The translations under genes and the position numbers were made by a program. The notes beneath the pieces were generated by a model. It worked only from the letters and a program-made list of their open reading frames with translations, had not been told where the DNA came from and ran no database searches. From positions 96,001-160,000 of the forward strand of contig CAVTQK010000024.1 of the NCBI GenBank assembly GCA_963736855.1: a stretch of 64,000 nt of DNA, read 5' to 3'. Below are positions 59,081-64,000 of the stretch, piece by piece; the first letter of the stretch is position 1, and every line of letters begins with the position of its first letter. The DNA comes from an uncultured delta proteobacterium. GTDB taxonomy: Bacteria > Desulfobacterota > Desulfobacteria > Desulfobacterales > UBA2156.

Positions 59081-59839
59081 CTAATATCTGATGATTTTTA
59101 AAAACGTCTCCGGATTCAGGCTCGCCCCGCCCACGAGGCCACCGTCCACATCGGGCATCGCCATGAGTTCGGCGATGTTGTCGGGTTTTACGCTTCCGCC
59201 GTAAAGGATTCGCACACCATCGGCGGTCTCCTGGTCGATGGCCTTTGCAATCCAATTCCGAACAAAGGCATGCACCTCCTGTGCCTGGTCGCTGGTGGCG
59301 GTTTTCCCGGTTCCGATGGCCCAGACCGGCTCATAGGCCACGACCCAGGCTTCCGGATTATCTAAAACCAAACTTTTTAAACCATTGGAAAGCTGTTTGT
59401 CAAGTACAGAAAAGGTTTCACCGGCCTCACGTTGGGGTTCGGTTTCACCAATGCATATAACAGGAATCAAACCGGCATCAATAGCGGCCTTGCATTTTTT
59501 ATTGACCTTTTCGTCCGTCTCCCCAAAATATTGGCGCCTTTCAGAATGTCCGATGATGACGAAACGACATCCGGCAGAGACCAGCATAGGCCCCGATATT
59601 TCGCCGGTGTAAGCTCCTTCTTTTTCCCAGAACAGGTTCTGGGCGCCCAGCGCGACGCGGGTTCCCTTGAGCACTTCAGATACGGCGGTCAGGGCGGTGA
59701 AAGGTGGAGCGATCATCACCTGGGCGCCTCCATCTCGGTCGGCGAGCTTTTTAGCCAGCGAACCGGCGGATTCCACGGCCTCGGCAACGGTTTTGAACAT
59801 TTTCCAGTTTCCGGCAATCAACGGAATTCGTTTCTTCAT
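59081..59839 (-). CDS. tpiA: Triosephosphate isomerase
   Basis: AGNWKM, IGHSERR, AYEPVWAIGTG, YGGSV, LVGGASL. Confidence 0.98.
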   Translation of the reverse strand: MKKRIPLIAGNWKMFKTVAEAVESAGSLAKKLADRDGGAQVMIAPPFTALTAVSEVLKGTRVALGAQNLFWEKEGAYTGEISGPMLVSAGCRFVIIGHSERRQYFGETDEKVNKKCKAAIDAGLIPVICIGETEPQREAGETFSVLDKQLSNGLKSLVLDNPEAWVVAYEPVWAIGTGKTATSDQAQEVHAFVRNWIAKAIDQETADGVRILYGGSVKPDNIAELMAMPDVDGGLVGGASLNPETFLKIIRY

Positions 59840-59879
59840 GAGCTCTCCGTTTCTATCGATCCTGAATGGTCATTCAAGC

Positions 59880-60915
<1,036 letters not shown>

Positions 60916-61025
60916 TTATACCGTTATACCGTATTTGCGCGAATCGGTGTATGGTACCTCTTCTTGCTATTAAACCCCGAAGCATTGGTTGCCTTTAATG
61001 CTCCGGGACGGAGTTGGAAAATCGG

Positions 61026-61439
61026 TTAGCTGCGTTTGTTTCCCCTTAAAATGCCGCTGGCCAGGGAAATGCTTTTTTTCCCGAACTCTTCGAGATATTT
61101 CCCCAACTTTCCAAGTTCCATCTGACTGCGGGCGTCCACAGCCTTGATTACCAGGGGAAGGTTGACCCCTGTTAAAACGTCCACGCGTCCTTCCTCCAGA
61201 AAGGAGTAGCTGAGGTTGGAAGGAGAACCGCCGAACATGTCCGTTAAGATCAATATGCCTTTTTTCCGATCGACCTTCTTGATGCCGTCCGAGATTTTTG
61301 CCCTGAGTTTATCAACCGGTTCATTGATATTGATAGAGACCGCTAAAACGGACTCCGGCAGACCGCTTAGTATGGACGAAGCCGCTTCAATCAGCGCTTC
61401 TCCCAGTTGGCCATGGGTGACGATGACGATTCCGATCAT
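61026..61439 (-). CDS. PTS mannose/fructose-type IIA component
   Basis: IVIVTHG, LTDMFGGSPSN, GVNLP. Confidence 0.92.
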   Translation of the reverse strand: MIGIVIVTHGQLGEALIEAASSILSGLPESVLAVSININEPVDKLRAKISDGIKKVDRKKGILILTDMFGGSPSNLSYSFLEEGRVDVLTGVNLPLVIKAVDARSQMELGKLGKYLEEFGKKSISLASGILRGNKRS

Positions 61440-61528
61440 GGTTTTCCTGCCTGATAATACTGTTTATCTGCGATGGCGCTGATGGTCATGCTCACAAGGG
61501 ATTTTCTTTATAACCTTGCCGTCGTGGT

Positions 61529-62392
61529 TCATCGGTCGATGTCGCGGTGCGTAACCTTAACTTTTCGTTTCGATCGCTCAATGTGTTCGCCGATTTCGTT
61601 GGCGACGGTCACTGAACGATGGCGACCGCCGGTGCACCCCAGGGCGATGGTTAAATTGGACCTTCCGTCTTTCTCATATAATGGGATCAAATAGTCAAGT
61701 AGATCTAAACATCTTTTCAAAAAATCCTGAGTTACAGCCGAATCCAGAACGTAGCGTTTTACAGATTCGTCATCTCCGGAAAGAGACTTGAGTTCGGGAA
61801 CGAAGTACGGATTCGGAATGAACCGGACATCCATGACCAGGTCCGCCTGGGGCGGCAAGCCGTATTTATAACCAAAAGATTCCACGTGAATTCTTACCGG
61901 TAAAAAGTTTTCGGCATTTTCCAAAAGAGAAAACAGGGCCGATTTAAGCTGGTGAAGATTTAGGTTTGATGTGTCGATGATCTGATCCGCCTCTTTCTTC
62001 AAAGGTTCCAGCTGGACCCTTTCAGACCGGATGCTTTCCAAGAGATTTTTATCCCTCGCAAGGGGATGCTGCCGCCGGGTCAGACCGTATCGTTCAAGCA
62101 GCACCTTCTCGTTTGCTTCCAGGAAAAGGATATTGAATTTGTATCCTTTTTCTTTCAAGGATTCGAGAACCGAGGCATAGGTCGGCAGGAAACGCTTTTC
62201 CCGGATATCCATGCCGAAGGCCAGGCCGGCGATATCTGTTTCAATTTCGATGGGTAATTCCAGGAATTTAGGGAGCAAGGCGATGGGTAGGTTGTCCACG
62301 CAAAAAAACCCCGCATCTTCGAAGGCATTCAATGCAGTGCTTTTCCCGGATCCGGAAAGACCGGTGATGATGAAAATCTTCAACCGATTCAT
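61529..62392 (-). CDS. rapZ: RNase adapter RapZ (YvcJ/YhbJ)
   Basis: TGLSGSGKS, CVDNLP, TRR.HPL, SFGYKYG, DVRF.PNP, GCTGGRHRSV, HRDI. Confidence 0.96.
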   Translation of the reverse strand: MNRLKIFIITGLSGSGKSTALNAFEDAGFFCVDNLPIALLPKFLELPIEIETDIAGLAFGMDIREKRFLPTYASVLESLKEKGYKFNILFLEANEKVLLERYGLTRRQHPLARDKNLLESIRSERVQLEPLKKEADQIIDTSNLNLHQLKSALFSLLENAENFLPVRIHVESFGYKYGLPPQADLVMDVRFIPNPYFVPELKSLSGDDESVKRYVLDSAVTQDFLKRCLDLLDYLIPLYEKDGRSNLTIALGCTGGRHRSVTVANEIGEHIERSKRKVKVTHRDIDR

Positions 62393-62464
62393 GATATACC
62401 CGTCTCAGGGCAATCGATCCAGACCCCTGATGAGTACCCATTTGCGGAATGCATGCAAAAGCGC

Positions 62465-62923
62465 TTAAAATTCCTCATCGTGTTCCCGGATGATGTTCAG
62501 CACTTCTTCCCGGTCGGCAGCATTGAAAAGGCGTTCTTTGACGGATTCATCCTTGAGCAGCTTTGAGATCCGAGCCAGAAGCTTAAGGTGAACGCCGGTA
62601 GAATTTTCCGGCGTGAGCAGTAGAAAGAAGATGTGAGAAGGGCGATTGTCCATGGACTCGAAATCCACCCCTTTTCTGCTTAACCCGAAACCGAGGATCA
62701 ACGTATCGAGTCCCTTCATCTTTCCATGAGGAATGGCGATGCCGCCACCGATTCCGGTGCTTCCCAACCGTTCCCGGTCCATCAGGATTTTCACCAGTTC
62801 ATTGCGGTCGATACGGGTGATCCCGGTGACAGGCTCCACCAGTTCTTCCAGGACCCCCTTCTTGTCCATGGATTTCAGGTCGACAAGGACGGCGTCTTTG
62901 AACAGTACATCCAGAATTTTCAT
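62465..62923 (-). CDS. ptsN: PTS IIA-Ntr-like protein
   Basis: RERLGSTGIGGGIAIPH, GVDF.S.D, HLKLLA; in rpoN operon. Confidence 0.9.
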   Translation of the reverse strand: MKILDVLFKDAVLVDLKSMDKKGVLEELVEPVTGITRIDRNELVKILMDRERLGSTGIGGGIAIPHGKMKGLDTLILGFGLSRKGVDFESMDNRPSHIFFLLLTPENSTGVHLKLLARISKLLKDESVKERLFNAADREEVLNIIREHDEEF

Positions 62924-62961
62924 GGCGTGGAAACCCTATCGTCTCTTTTTTGGTTTCGCAA

Positions 62962-63495
62962 TCAGCTGCTCGGCTGGATCAGACCGAGGTGCCCGTCGTT
63001 GCGCCGGTATAGTACGTTGATCTGCTCAGTCCGGGCGTTGGTGAAAACAAAAAAGTTATTTTGGGTTACCTCCATTTGCATGACCGCTTCTTCCACATCC
63101 ATGGGTTTATAATCAACGTATTGAACCTTGATGAGTCTTTCTCCTCCATCGGATTCCGAAGCGGTAGCCTCACCGCTGAACTCTTTGAGTTTGCTCTTTA
63201 ATTTACCTTTTCTTTCACGAATCTTTTCTTTGCTCTTTTTGATTTGTTTTTCCAACTTATCAAAAGTCAAGTCGATGGCGGCGTACATGTCGCCGGCTTC
63301 TTCCTTAGCGATGATGTTCATGCGGTCGCCGGATATGCTGATTTCAGCGATATGCCGATGTTTTTCCACCGAAAGAACCACTACGGCGGATGCCGGGTTG
63401 TCCAGATATTTGTCGAGGCGATCCAACTTTTCCCCGGCGTAGTTTTTGAGGTTCTCTGAAGGGTCGATGTTTTTAAAAGTTACGGCAATTTGCAT
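62962..63495 (-). CDS. hpf: Ribosome hibernation promoting factor (long HPF/RaiA)
   Basis: DMYAAID...KLEKQ, KPMDVEEAV.QM, F..F.N, LYRR.DG..GLI. Confidence 0.94.
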   Translation of the reverse strand: MQIAVTFKNIDPSENLKNYAGEKLDRLDKYLDNPASAVVVLSVEKHRHIAEISISGDRMNIIAKEEAGDMYAAIDLTFDKLEKQIKKSKEKIRERKGKLKSKLKEFSGEATASESDGGERLIKVQYVDYKPMDVEEAVMQMEVTQNNFFVFTNARTEQINVLYRRNDGHLGLIQPSS

Positions 63496-63517
63496 GATCA
63501 GACCTCCCTGTGCGATT

Positions 63518-64000
63518 TCACCAAGGCTGCTTTCGCATGTTCGATGGCAGTATTTTCATCACTTCGCGATATTTTGCAACGGTCCTTCGGGCGATGTTGA
63601 TGTTGTCGTCCTTGAGAATTTCAACGATTTTGCTGTCGCTGAACGGTTTTTTCGAGCTTTCATTCTCGATAACACGACGGATTTTTTCCTGAACGCTGGC
63701 GGAAGCCAGCGCTTCTCCGTCAAAGCGGCTGATAGGGCTGTTGAAGAAAAATTTCAGTTCGAAGATCCCCTGCGGTGTGTAGGCGTACTTGTTGTTGGTC
63801 ACCCGGCTGATGGTGGACTCGTGCATGCTGATATCCCGAGCGACGTCCCTGAGCACCATGGGTTTTAAATGCGCGATTCCTTTTTCAAAAAAATCCTTTT
63901 GAAAACCGAGAATGCTCTTCATGACCCTGTATATGGTTTTCTGACGTTGGTGAATGCTCCGAATGAGCCAGGTTGCAGACCGCATTTTTTCCTGAATATA
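63518..64000 (-). CDS. rpoN: RNA polymerase sigma-54 factor (5'-partial)
   Basis: LKPMVLRDVA, HESTISR, RpoN box ARRTVAKYRE. Confidence 0.97.
   Translation of the reverse strand, partial: YIQEKMRSATWLIRSIHQRQKTIYRVMKSILGFQKDFFEKGIAHLKPMVLRDVARDISMHESTISRVTNNKYAYTPQGIFELKFFFNSPISRFDGEALASASVQEKIRRVIENESSKKPFSDSKIVEILKDDNINIARRTVAKYREVMKILPSNMRKQPW

Overview
Bacterial chromosome segment whose gene content and repeat style suggest a sulfate-reducing deltaproteobacterium (Desulfobacterota); this taxonomy is inferred. Core backbone: udg-nfeD-stomatin, xerC, argBDFGH, lipoprotein-lysA-dapF-dapL-folK, pgsA-tRNA-Gly-tRNA-Cys, a MacAB-like ABC system, cinA, rlmD, rarD, pcm, an ALDH7-like dehydrogenase, a transglutaminase/ABC cluster, rhomboid and lemA/DUF2207. 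On the minus strand at the right end lie rpoN-hpf-ptsN-rapZ-IIA-gap-tpiA-secG-tRNA-Leu, with gap frameshifted. An accessory patch (~49.1-58.5 kb) abuts the tRNA-Leu 3' end. It holds two decayed IS91/ISCR-like rolling-circle modules sharing a 62-bp left repeat and a ~295-bp right repeat with a conserved outward promoter. It also holds an IS3 remnant, an MltC-like transglycosylase, an AAA_14/DUF4143 ATPase and a LysM-GH5-LysM cassette. Other notable items: an NhaD antiporter with an internal PAS domain; REPIN/MITE-like elements with shared termini and two different cores; a signal-peptide-bearing Pcm coupled to a large membrane methyltransferase-like protein; and a DsrE-family gene coupled to a GAF kinase with a 4-Cys insert. 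All calls come from motif recognition by eye; no database searches were run.
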